Source: Phoronis australis (Eukaryota; Animalia; Phoronida). From it: 64,000 bases of DNA. Both the position numbers and the translations under genes were made by a program. The notes below the pieces were generated by a model. That model was given only the letters and a program-made list of their open reading frames with translations. It did no database searches and had not been told where the DNA came from. Shown here in pieces: positions 52,741-64,000 of this stretch; position 1 is the first letter of the stretch; each line of letters begins with the position of its first letter. The stretch spans positions 1,085,588 to 1,149,587 of the forward strand of contig NMRA01000043.1 in the NCBI GenBank assembly GCA_002633005.1, written 5' to 3'.

Positions 52741-54148
52741 TCAGCTTTTGAAGTACACTAGTTAATGAAGAATTTTTTTCTCTTATACATGACTATGAAG
52801 AAAATTTTATTTTTATTTTTGATTCAGGACTTTTGGTTTCATCGTCATAAATGAGGAACTGGCAAGAGTCTACCGTAATGATGTGCTGGCTTTCAACAAA
52901 GGTACCAACTACAACAAAAGGCGCCTACCCCAACATATTTTCGCAATGCAAGGGTTATGTCACAAAATACTGCTTTATCTACTTTGCTTGCAGTCAAACA
53001 AATTATGTTATTTACTCAGGCACCATATTTTATGTGTCTAATGCATATTTGTTTTGTCTACTACTTAGTACTCAGATAAATGTGATTTCTTTGGGGTACT
53101 AATAAACAAAATTTATGCCCAATACCATTTCTTAGTTTCATACTGAAAATCGGATGAAGACTTAAATGTAATGAAACAGAACTGGTAAAGTTGCTACAAA
53201 CCAACATTCCATCAACAATAAAGTAACTTTTAATTTATACCATTTTCCGCATCAGACCTCCTATCAGTAAGTTTCTTTACCCAGCTGAGGATGGGTTTCT
53301 TGGCTTGTAACAAATTCACCTACAGAAAATGACAAGCTGTTTCAAGGCAACTTGATAAACTGAGGTTCGAGCTATAACAAACTGTCAGTTCTTTCTAATT
53401 CCAGGAATCACTTGTACTTTGAGTAAGGAATGGGCCAAGACAATAAATAGTCACAATCAAGAGTTGGTTTAATTGAAGGAAGGCAGGTTCATAGCAGCTT
53501 TAACAGCAATGACATAATCACATTAACAAACAAAATGGATTTTCACTGCCGAAGTTTAACCTGTATAACATCAAATGCATTTCACTGCAGTAATTCTCAA
53601 CACAACAGAAATGTAAATGCAAACAAGAGTTGCAGCATGACATGTAATTAATCGAAATATGTTTGAAGTCATGGACACATTTATATTAATTACGTAGTCA
53701 ATTCGCACAACCACGAGGACCAACAAAAGCAGATGATGACTGTTGATAGACTCAACATGAACCAAGTTACATGAGCACTTCAATTAAAAAGCAGGTACTG
53801 TATCACAGTTTTGGAGTCAAATGTAAGCAAACAGTGGTCAAGGATTGTTGGTTTACATATATAAAAAGTAGAATGTCAGATTTATATGCTGTACGGTAAA
53901 TGAGTAAGATCAAAAATATAGCCGTGTCCTTTTGTATTGACAACAGTCTATATGCACGTCAAGCTACTATGCAAAGGTAACTTTAAAATCAGAGTCAAAT
54001 GTTCACTGAAGTAGTGATAGTTCTTTTGATAGATCAAATAACATTTGTTGTCATTGCAAAACCATTGATCGTTAAGGCAATGAACTGGGTGGCCCCTGGA
54101 AGTCATGTGTCAAGTTTGAACACGCCTTGTTTTTCTCTCAAGCATCTG

Positions 54149-54240
54149 CTAATTATGGACACCGGTGGCACTGGAGTATAGACCTTTCTTAATCCTTGAC
54201 AGCATTACTCTTAGATTTCTCACTGAAGTACCTATGTAGC
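54149..54240 (-). CDS. Candidate small membrane protein, last coding exon (GYIGTSVRNLRVMLSRIKKGLYSSATGVHN*)
   Basis: Acceptor ttttttacacttacag|; phase 1 matches the previous donor; basic amphipathic tail after the TM segment; TAG at 54151-54149. Confidence 0.55.
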
Positions 54241-55017
54241 CTGTAAGTGTAAAAAATTGTGAAAAGTTACAATATAATTGAGCACTGAAACACTAAAACC
54301 AAAAATACAGTGCAAAGAAAACCACCATTGGGTACAAGTAATGATAACTGTGTCTATACCACCAACGGAATGCTAGTATCAACAAGTGTGAGAGGTTGCA
54401 AGTTAGAAAGATGGTGCAGGAACTAATGCACGTATTGCCAAATCTTCATCGCATCATGATAACTTTTGATGGCCATTGCCACTTTATGGTTTAAGTGGAT
54501 CCTAGAGTTCCAAGACAAGAAACTGAACTAATGGCAACATGGTTATGTCCCAAGTGCTACTCAGCAGCCGGTCATACTATTATCGTCTTTTAACAAGCAG
54601 TAAGAAACCTACATTGAGAGAAAATAGAGTTGCATTTTCACAGAAAAATTTCTGCGGCTATAAACCCTGTTATCCGCGCAACTTAACTTTTGATTTTAAC
54701 CACTTTCCTCATTCAGATGATAAATAAGTTTTGTTCTTGCAAAGAACTGTCAGTTCATTATGGTTGTGACCATGTCAGGTGAATGAAATGGCATGCTGTG
54801 ACACGTCAACCTAAAGAAACTCTCAAGTAGTAACAAATTACTGGAGATTTTCAAGCCCAAACTTCACACCTTATTTTTATCAAGGAACAATTCGAGATCA
54901 ACATCATACTAATGGTATATGGTCTAAATAAACAGTTGGTTTTCGTGACATAAGGCATGCCTATATCTACTTTAAATTCCAATAGAGCATAGAGTCTTTA
55001 CAAGAGCAGACACAAAC

Positions 55018-55088
55018 CTTTGATCCAGATTGTGAGGATGCAGGTGACAAAGAAGATAAGGACAACGGTGAACAACAGCTCTGAATCC
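55018..55088 (-). CDS. Candidate small membrane protein, transmembrane exon (DSELLFTVVLIFFVTCILTIWIK)
   Basis: Acceptor tcatcttacag| and donor AAG|GTTTGT; 71 nt; phase 2 entry matches the upstream exon; encodes a 19-residue hydrophobic run. Confidence 0.65.
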
Positions 55089-56007
55089 CTGTAAGATGAC
55101 AATAGTGGCATTTGTAAGAAGACATTCAGTTTAAAATTTATTCTGAGGCCTCTACACTGAGAACTTAGACATGTATCTATGAATCTGAAACAGTGACATT
55201 GAATCGACAGATGGAATCGTAAAAGGGCAAATTTTCAAAATAAGGTTTTTAGAAATCATAATTGCTCCCCACACCAAACATGATGCACAGAATTTCAACC
55301 AGCAGCTGGAGTTAGCTTGCATTTATACTACAGTTGTAAGCGAGTTGAAAATTTTCACATGCAAATTAGTTAGTTACATTACAAATGTTCTTTGCTCAAC
55401 TGGACATCCTCCAAAGCACTGATACATTAGAATCAAAACTTCACACTAAAGTACGGTTTACACAAACCTAATATAAATAACTCAAATGAAACACTGCTTC
55501 AAGCATTTCAATGTGCATTTCCATATTTTAATATGGAACAGCAGTGACGCCATCATGTGCGAAGTGCACTCATCCTTAAAAAATATCTCTAATATTTGTC
55601 TGGTAAGCTGCTTGGCTGTATTCATAAGTATAGGTGTAAAAGTCTAGGTCCAAGCAGTTTTTTAAGTAAAAAAAGCTCGCTACAGGGGGTTAGTTTGAAA
55701 ACGCTGATGTAAACGCTTTGATCTATGTATTTTTGTAAAAAATTAGGTTGCTGGTGCACTGCACGGTGGTAGGGGTAATGCGTTGTCGGAATCACGGACA
55801 CTCCGAAATATTGGGAATCCCATTTTGGACTCCCTATTTTCGAAATCCTGGGTGAATCCCTGAATAGAAATTGAACAGGCTTTAAACAAGGCATGTTTAA
55901 ATACTGTAAACGAAACAGTGATATCTTTGGTTAGGATTGTGAGTTGTGAGTTGAATAAATGTGAAACGTCACTCCATAAGATATTAAGGAAATGAATGAA
56001 ACAATAC

Positions 56008-56043
56008 CTCAAGGTTTCTTCAGGTGATGACCAGTCTGGGACT
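56008..56043 (-). CDS. Candidate 36-nt frame-preserving exon of the same gene (VPDWSSPEETLR)
   Basis: Acceptor tttctttgcaag| and donor GAG|GTATTG; phase 2-2, stop-free. The AAG acceptor is weak. Confidence 0.4.
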
Positions 56044-56984
56044 CTTGCAAAGAAAATACAATATGGCAATATACTTCAAATAAAGATTAGAGTAAAAGGG
56101 TCTTTACATTACAACACAATATGGCAATATAACAAAATTTTATTTTATCAAACTTTTCAACAAGAATAAACAAGAAGAGAATTTCACTCAATTATTTAAA
56201 AACTTTTAATATAGTACCGCTGTCATCAACAAACGAAATTTTGAACATTTTTGGTAAATGCAGTAAGCATTTGAAAAATCGAAAAATGACAATTTTGGCC
56301 ATTATTTACATTTTAATTTCAGAAAACTTTACTATATCCTGGAACCAGCATGTAGGCGTGTCCATCAACAAACATCACATAAACTGCAGTCATTTTTCAC
56401 TAATGCATTAAAAAGACAAGTGTCAGCTCATAGACATCCTGTGACAACACCAATAACTTGGTGACTGTGTAAATATAATCAACACCTGATGCTTGAGTGG
56501 TCCACTTAACAGAGGTCCACTATAAAATGGATCTTGATGCAAATACCACAATTAAGTAACCAGTCAGAAAAGTAAATGACTGGAGGTCAGTCTCAAAATG
56601 TATCAAATGAATAGTTCAACAGATTTTAGCAAATTAATCTTTTGTGCAAAAGTGTCTTCAGCCACGAAATATGCGATCACACTAAAGTTAAACTTTCCAA
56701 CCCAGATGCAAATCATAAATCAGATTACACATCCACAAGTTATAGTGATGTCACGGGGTAACATTGCACAATGCATTTAAAAATCCAAAGCAGCACTGAA
56801 TTCACCGAAAATAGTATACTACCTCAGTGGCGCGGCTGCTATTCTCTCCCCCGATTGCGAGATAAACTTCAAACGAAACAGCCCCCGACCCATATTTCAA
56901 GTTGCGTATTTGTTTTAGAAATGTCCCTCAAAACAAGCTTGTTATATGTGAAACATAAGAACTGATTTAAGATATGGGGCAAGC

Positions 56985-58260
56985 TGACAAGGTTTCTCTG
57001 AGAAACATGTCGGCAAGCGATGCAAGTTCTTACATTGTCTCCATCGATTTTTACATGGGGGTTGGCAACTGTCAGTTTTTGCCCTTTTGTTACGCTATAT
57101 CAATGTATATTTCAAACAAGAACTTTGATACAGGTATGGGTCCAAAAAAAACAAAACTGCCACTAGGAGGCGCCACAGTAGTCCAAGTCGTCAGAAAATC
57201 ATCGGCAACCGTCCCCTTCATAGAAAGAACATACATAACAAAAAATGGCCACTACATGTCGCAAAAAAACCTTGAGTCAATGCGAATATGAATGACTAGC
57301 GTCACCTCACTAATGGATGTCTATGTGCCAAATTTTATGGAAATCCGTTGAGTACCTTTGAAGATACAGCGATAAACGCAAAAAAACTAAAATTGCCACT
57401 TGGGGGCACACCAGTAGACCCATCTGTCCAAAAGTTGTCGTCGTCTGTTGTCAACTTTATATAAATACACCTGCTAAATTTAATAACGATCCTGTTGAGT
57501 GTTTAGGAGATACAGCCATGGGTGCAAAAACAAACAAAGCTGCCACTAGGAGGCGCCACAGTAGTCGAAGTCATCTGAAAATCATCGTCAACTGTCTTCT
57601 TCATAGTAAAACCATACATGCCAATTTTCACAATCATCCTTAGAGTGGTTTGGTTGTTAGAGGGGCGGACGCCAAAAAACGGCTTGAAAATAATAAAAAT
57701 GGCCACTAGATGGCACACAATCCATCGAAGCAATCCAAAAACGGGAGGATAGCGTCAACTCATTAATAGATACCTATGTACCAAATTTCATGAAAATCGG
57801 TTGAAGACCTTTGAAGATACAGAGACAAACATAAAAAAACTAAAATTGCCACTAGGGGACACAGCGGTATTTGGGTCGGTCCGAAACTCGTCACCCTCTG
57901 TCGTAGACCCCATAGGAACACACGTGCCAATTTTCAATACGATCTTGAAAGGGGTTTATGAGATACAGCCGCCGACACCCAGATGCCCATATAAATATGT
58001 GGGCGCATAAAAATTGCCACTAGGGGGCATATCAGTAATCGAAGAGTTCCGAAATTCCAAGTCATCTTCATAGGAACACATCTGCCAAATTTCATCAACA
58101 TCCTGTGAGGGGTTTGGGAGACACAGCTGCGGACGCCGGACGCCAAAACAGAGATGACGGCAACATGCGACCACATATAAATAAATATGTGGCCGCACAA
58201 GTTGACGACCACGGTCAAAATGATCAGGGTACGTGTAACCCGACCAGCTGACATAAAAAC
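56985..58260 (+). mobile_element. Helentron-like non-autonomous element with ~150-bp internal tandem units
   Basis: Recurrent AAAATTGCCACTAGGGGGC...GCCAAATTTCA...GAGATACAGC units; ends ACAAGG... and ...GCTGACATAAAAA. Classification is inferred. Confidence 0.6.
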
Positions 58261-58958
58261 AAAAAACAATTTGAGGAGTACAGTCAAAATGATTTGGGGT
58301 GTTCCCAGAGCTCCCACAGCTGAATCTTTAAACACAATTTTATGAGTACACCCAAAATGATTTGGGGTGTACTCAGAGCCAGAGAGCTGCTAATACACAG
58401 ACANCAAGTTGAAAGTTAATAACTTTTTGAACTCCATGTCACATCAAAAAACCGGCTTAAACGGCGTTAAGAGGTTTTTTCTTCTATAACTCGGACCATA
58501 GGCCTTTAAGTGCGATTGTCGAGAACACAGATTTTTTCGGTAAATAATAGCAAACGGTCTACAAACTGTTCTCTCGTAGACCGATTTGAGGAGATCAATC
58601 ATCCTTCCAATTAACACTGGAAAACCCACAATTCTGATACCTAATGTACGATACCTGTCAACCAAAAAACATTCGGACATGTCCGCGAATGTTACCTTCC
58701 AACCAATGGGAATGTCCCGTCGGGCGCTTAGTCATTCTGCTAATCAACAAGAAGTCAGGTTCACTGTTCCTTGACAGTGCTGCTGTTCTCATCAGTAGGG
58801 AAGAGTGTAAAAGAGAACAAGACTAGGATATTGGTCGCTGAATAAGATCGAACAGCTTATGTCGAAGGTTTCCATGAGTAGCAGAAGGTGGTTCACAATT
58901 TAAATCGTGCGCAGAAAAGGGCCTAGAGCAAAAAAAAAAACAAAGTAAATTAACTTAC

Positions 58959-59068
58959 GGAATCCAAGCCATGTTGTAGCTCTTCAGACTCTTAAAATCA
59001 TCATCTAGCAATTCTTCGGCTACTAATTTAATAATCTTCCTGTGATGCTTCATTTTTTGTTGTTCCAT
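58959..59068 (-). CDS. Candidate small membrane protein, first coding exon (MEQQKMKHHRKIIKLVAEELLDDDFKSLKSYNMAWIP)
   Basis: Minus-strand acceptor ctctttctacag| (exon starts 59087), in-frame TAA, then Kozak GCCATGG at 59068. Consensus donor CC|GTAAGT at 58959. Confidence 0.6.
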
Positions 59069-59179
59069 GGCTTCTTAGTGAAAGTTCCTGTAGAAAGAGA
59101 GTAATGTTCATCGCATGATTTAACACAACAATTGCTACATTGTTTTTCACTACGTGTTCTTGTAAATAACTATGTAAAC

Positions 59180-60110
59180 ATATAGATTATTACATGGCGA
59201 AGTCGTTATCCCCCGTTATCTAGAGCCCGAGTGGATTTTGGAGAATTATCGCCCGAAGGGCGTTAGCCCCGAGGGTGATAATTCTACAAAATCCACTCGG
59301 GCTCTAGATAAGGCGGATAACGACTGAGAACATGTAATAATCTATTCATACCACATACTGAACGAGAAACATTGCAATGAATCGATCTACCTTTCTCGAC
59401 TCGCCTCGGCTTAGTAACTACTTTCTATGTCAAAGGCCCGGGGTCGGAGGTCGTGACCTTTAAGAAAAGCCGAGCTATTTTTGTCAAATAATGCTTACAC
59501 TCAAAACCAATAGAAATAAAGTGAATCTATAAATTAAGGTTTAGCAACTATTATAGCTTACTACACATTTTATCACGCTAAGCTTCGACCGGGAAAATAT
59601 CGTCTGCTAAAGTAGGTTACCAATAGTAACTGAGTATAATGCTCAAGTCAAAGGATCCCGACGACCCTCACCCCCATTCAAATTGGAGATAGGTGATTTA
59701 CAAGTGAGAGAACCCGAGAGAAAATTTTCACTGAATTAAAATACCGTGTTTATGGAAATTATGCATTTTATTTCTCATAACGTATAAATATCGGTGCAAT
59801 ACCCTTTGCTGAACATGCGATTGTTGCGCGTGCTCATTTAAATTCACGTTCGATGACGTCAGCCGCTCAGTGGTGTAGTGGTAAAGTCGGCGACTTGAAA
59901 CGCTTGAGGCCCGGGTTCGAATCCGGCATCGGTTTCCCGCCAAAATGTAATCTCACTAGTGAGATAACTGTATGGGTTATTACACGGTTGTATCTGTCAT
60001 TCAAGGCTAATATTGTGGTATAAGTAGTTTTTATGCCACAATATTCGCGTCGCATGGCAGATACAACCCATAAACGGGGGATAACGACTTCGCCATGTAA
60101 TAATCTATAT
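59180..60110. mobile_element. 931-bp element with perfect 38-bp TIRs and a ~165-bp terminal hairpin
   Basis: ATATAGATTATTACATGGCGAAGTCGTTATCCCCCGTT (59180-59217) and its exact reverse complement (60073-60110); hairpin at 59182-59345. Confidence 0.88.
59862..59942 (+). ncRNA. tRNA-derived sequence with Pol III A and B boxes; not a canonical tRNA
   Basis: A box TGGTGTAGTGG (59871-59881), B box GGTTCGAATCC (59914-59924) and loop CTTGAAA. The acceptor stem does not pair. Confidence 0.7.
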
Positions 60111-61799
60111 TTACCTATCGACATTCAAATAAAATATCGAAAAGAATGTACCTCGAGTATAAATGTACAAATAAAAATGACAATAGCTTTCGCAAATACA
60201 CAACTCAGGGGAGTGTACTGTACAAATAGGGCATGCTGGAATGGTAAAAGAGAAACTGCAGACGAGCGTAGAGCGCAGTAATGCTAGAACCTACGCGAGA
60301 TTACGTGAGATATTTCCGTTTATTTTTAATGAGAACACATGATTTTGGCTAGATTTCTCTAGCCACGAGACAGCTACTGAACTCTACCTGGGCTTAGAAA
60401 ATGATACAGAGGAACCTACACACAAGGCATGCGCGATTAGTACAACTGAAACTACAGAGAGAGCATGCACGAATGGTGCATGGGAAACTACACATATATT
60501 TTAGCCACCACCGGCACCTTTGAAACTATAAACTCACAATTTTACAATGACACTCACGGTCAATTAACATGTGCTACCGGAGAAAACGAGATTACGACAG
60601 ATAACGACTTCGCCACGTAATAATCTATATTTACCTCTCCAATTTCATTGTACATATAAAAAGTATCCTATTTCAAAGAAGAAAATGTATAAACGACCAC
60701 TGTTGCTACAGTAGTGACAAAGACGCTACTATATTACGGTAAGACACCCGGTATCCGGCCTAGAAGAGAAAAGGACAAAATTTTCACTAATCGAAACGGG
60801 CTGAGTGATAACACAAGTTAATGTTTTATATGTACCAAACATGAACAGTGAAGAACCTCACCTGTAGCTGAAATTGAAGGGCACGAATGAACTCAAATTT
60901 CGATTTCCAATTCTAAAGAATATTCAGCCAAAAAAGCTGAAGTCACCCCAACTTGAGACCAGTTCTATGTAACATAAGTAGGCCAAGTCGTGAGCAAAAT
61001 TATATGTTATACCTGTTGTAAAGTCTATTTAGAAAACCTGCTTCCTCCTAGCTCCAACGATGAAATTCTGTGAACTTCGTTTGAAAATCACGTATAACGC
61101 TCACTTGGGGGAAAACCCAAACTGACAAAGCGCGGACCCGAGTTGAAAACCCAGCAGTTGAGTCGATATTGACTGTCATGGCCTTTGCACTAATTTCAGT
61201 GGTCTTTGTGCAAACTGAATGGGAAAGCAGTTTCGTGCAGCAGGCAGTGATGATTATTATTGGTTGTAGTTCAGCAGATTGTAAAACGACTCTGAAAAAA
61301 TAACCATTGACATATCCCTACATGTAATGCATGGCAAAATAATCGTGAATGTGTACACAGTAAACATAACAGTATTGGCCCAGTACCAGTTTTCATGAAA
61401 AAATTAATTAACACGAGATGCATTACAGTGTAATTTTATTTTTTTAACAAAACTTTCCACCAGATGACTCATTGAAAACCGCCATTTTGAAATTTCCGTT
61501 AGGAGGCACTGAACAGTTCTCATAGGGATTTGCCTATCAGAACACACGTCAATGGGCTCTTCACCCTTTCTTCACTCTGTCAAAAACTGCATGCAAATAA
61601 TGAACAGATTTGAGTCATTTCACATCACAAACCCTACAGATGAGCACAGAAACTTTGTACTCTCTTGTACTTTTGACCCTTTCACTCCCAGTGGAAACCA
61701 AGCTGAACTAAGAAAAATAAGGGCAAAAATGCAAAATCGGCACTTTTCACCCTTAAATCACCACTTCCCTGCCGATGCACGAGTAAAACCAACAATAGA

Positions 61800-62091
61800 T
61801 TCTGAAACAACGTGTCTGTCAAAAAAATATTTGATCCATATATCAGACAAGGCCATCGTAGTGATTTGAGATCCTCCACCCCATATGCAATTCCTCCGTC
61901 GTTCAGTCAGGCATTCAGAAGGTCTACAGTCATGATGTGTATCAACAACTGGAATTCTCTTCCAGTCTCTGTTAAGGAAAGCAACTCTTTTACGAGTATA
62001 AAAAATAATTTTAGAACTGTTTTTCATAATTTTGATAACTCAACACCCTTGACTCAATTCTCCCTTACCTGCGATAACGAAATAGCATTGT
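61800..62091 (+). mobile_element. CR1/L2-type LINE ORF2 C-terminal fragment
   Basis: FRRSTVMMCINNWNSLPVSVKESNSFTSIK contains the WNxLP motif; the fragment runs into the assembly gap. Confidence 0.75.
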
Positions 62092-62716
62092 NNNNNNNNN
62101 NNNNNNNNNNNNNNNNNNNNNNNNNNNNNNNNNNNNNNNNNNNNNNNNNNNNNNNNNNNNNNNNNNNNNNNNNNNNNNNNNNNNNNNNNNNNNNNNNNNN
62201 NNNNNNNNNNNNNNNNNNNNNNNNNNNNNNNNNNNNNNNNNNNNNNNNNNNNNNNNNNNNNNNNNNNNNNNNNNNNNNNNNNNNNNNNNNNNNNNNNNNN
62301 NNNNNNNNNNNNNNNNNNNNNNNNNNNNNNNNNNNNNNNNNNNNNNNNNNNNNNNNNNNNNNNNNNNNNNNNNNNNNNNNNNNNNNNNNNNNNNNNNNNN
62401 NNNNNNNNNNNNNNNNNNNNNNNNNNNNNNNNNNNNNNNNNNNNNNNNNNNNNNNNNNNNNNNNNNNNNNNNNNNNNNNNNNNNNNNNNNNNNNNNNNNN
62501 NNNNNNNNNNNNNNNNNNNNNNNNNNNNNNNNNNNNNNNNNNNNNNNNNNNNNNNNNNNNNNNNNNNNNNNNNNNNNNNNNNNNNNNNNNNNNNNNNNNN
62601 NNNNNNNNNNNNNNNNNNNNNNNNNNNNNNNNNNNNNNNNNNNNNNNNNNNNNNNNNNNNNNNNNNNNNNNNNNNNNNNNNNNNNNNNNNNNNNNNNNNN
62701 NNNNNNNNNNNNNNNN
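62092..62716. other. Assembly gap
   Basis: Run of N. Confidence 1.
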
Positions 62717-64000
62717 CAATTCTGGCTTGTTTGAGGGCTACCTAAAATCGCAGCCAATTTCTCAGTCGCTACCCAGCAATGCACAATTGCAACCGGGGGC
62801 CGCCATCTTGAAGAAGAGTGCAGCTACAGCCGAGAAAGTGGCCTTTTTATTCTCACCATGTTCACAAATGCAAACAAACCACATTCACTGAGCCTACATG
62901 CAATGCCCACCTACAAAATGCCCCCAAACTTGGCCTACCCCAAAATTTTAATATTTTGGCAGTGGAAATTGGCCGCGGCCGCAGCCTAACTATTCAGTGC
63001 CACCTTAAGAATGATTCCATATAAAAACCATATGAAAATGAAAAATCACTATATACTCAAAAATTCATACAGAGCTAATACTTTGTGCATGTGTTGGGAT
63101 GCTGGCCCAAAGTACACAGCTGCAATATTTGCACTCAATGACCTTTGATTACCGAGATACGACCTATTTGGCTACAAAGGCATATTTTGCATTTTTTCAT
63201 ATCAGTAAATCTGCATTTTTTGAACGGCAAAAATCAGACTTGGAAAACTGGTGACAAAGTTTGACATTAATGGTCATAAAGACTCATGTAAGGTTAGTAA
63301 GAAAATGAAATTGGCAACTCATAGGTACAATTAAATTTCCAGCAGGGGAGAAAACTCCGAGACCACTTTTCAAGCCAGTCACCAGTGGCAAGATGTTGCT
63401 TAACCTGCCTGCTATATCGGAATGTATTTGAAGTTGAAATTCTCTGTGTAGACACTTCTAAGAGTGAACTTTGGTAATTGCTTTTGAAAAAACTTGTATC
63501 TTATATATTAGGTGCTAAGCGTGGCCCTCAAATTTGGGCATTTTTGTGATGTGGCCTTAATCTGACTGACAAAAGAATTGAGGCTACTCTTTTAGTTTAG
63601 AGATATCACCTAAAATATATGATCTAATACCAACAATGCAATATCACAAAAATTTAAATTTCACTTTTGAGACCCCAATTTTCTAAAACACTTTTGTTCA
63701 ACTTTACCAATAGCACTTGAGGGTTCGAGATTACATGCACTTCCTGTCACTAAAAAGAATATGGAGGAATTTCCTTCTTGTACATTTGGTTAATTTTCGT
63801 TACATAAATGTAATCGCGGAGGAAATGTGGCCTTCATTAGCTGTGTTAAAGACGTCAGAAGTCATCTGAAGTAGTGCAAAGTGCCACAGAAGTTTGAAAG
63901 CATATCGGAATTACAGCTGACATCGACATGAGTTTGGACTTGACTTTAGACAAAAATTGACGTGCTGTTATCCAGAACACACAGCATATTTTCAGAGGGA

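Larger units (their letters stand above)
49570..52901 (+). pseudogene. Spliced but apparently degenerate transcription unit of unknown product
   Basis: Donor CAG|GTAATT at 49651 and donor CAG|GTATGC near 51418. Exon-like blocks 51769-51954 (ttttttcag|...|gtgagt) and 52828-52901 (tgattcag|...AAG|gtacca). The open frames do not join cleanly. Confidence 0.3.

Noticed and set aside
58923-58958. 36-nt mini-intron after the 58959 donor
   Set aside because: It has GT..polyT..AG but is very short and leads to a featureless peptide and an early stop. The join to the TM exon is more coherent.
58959-59068. Death-effector-domain resemblance of RKIIKLVAEELLDDDFKSLK
   Set aside because: The similarity covers only about two helices, and no exon continues the fold.
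59862-59942. Functional tRNA-Ser(TGA) or tRNA-Sec
   Set aside because: The acceptor stem does not pair, the anticodon and T stems are imperfect, and there is no long variable arm. Kept only as tRNA-derived.

Overview
AT-rich, repeat-dense eukaryotic genomic DNA, probably from an invertebrate animal, with three assembly gaps (35680-36640, 46262-46901, 62092-62716). The one secure gene is a 7-coding-exon GH27 lysosomal alpha-N-acetylgalactosaminidase (NAGA) on + (CDS 9793-25321, 419 aa when spliced by hand). Its exon-4 splice donor has been amplified into 17 tandem 29-bp copies. On the minus strand, exons at 59068-54149 splice into a candidate 90-102 aa single-pass membrane microprotein that the ORF track misses. 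The rest is nested mobile DNA: a Ty3/Gypsy pol relic split by an ~8.3 kb TA-flanked inverted-repeat element carrying exon-like cargo; a solo LTR; an LTR plus primer-binding site; an ISL2EU-like relic; a MITE family with 5-bp target-site duplications (TSDs); Helentron-like elements, one with a CTCF-like motif array; a hairpin/terminal-inverted-repeat (TIR) element containing a tRNA-derived Pol III promoter; LINE fragments; and several minisatellites. All calls come from reading the sequence by eye, with no database searches.
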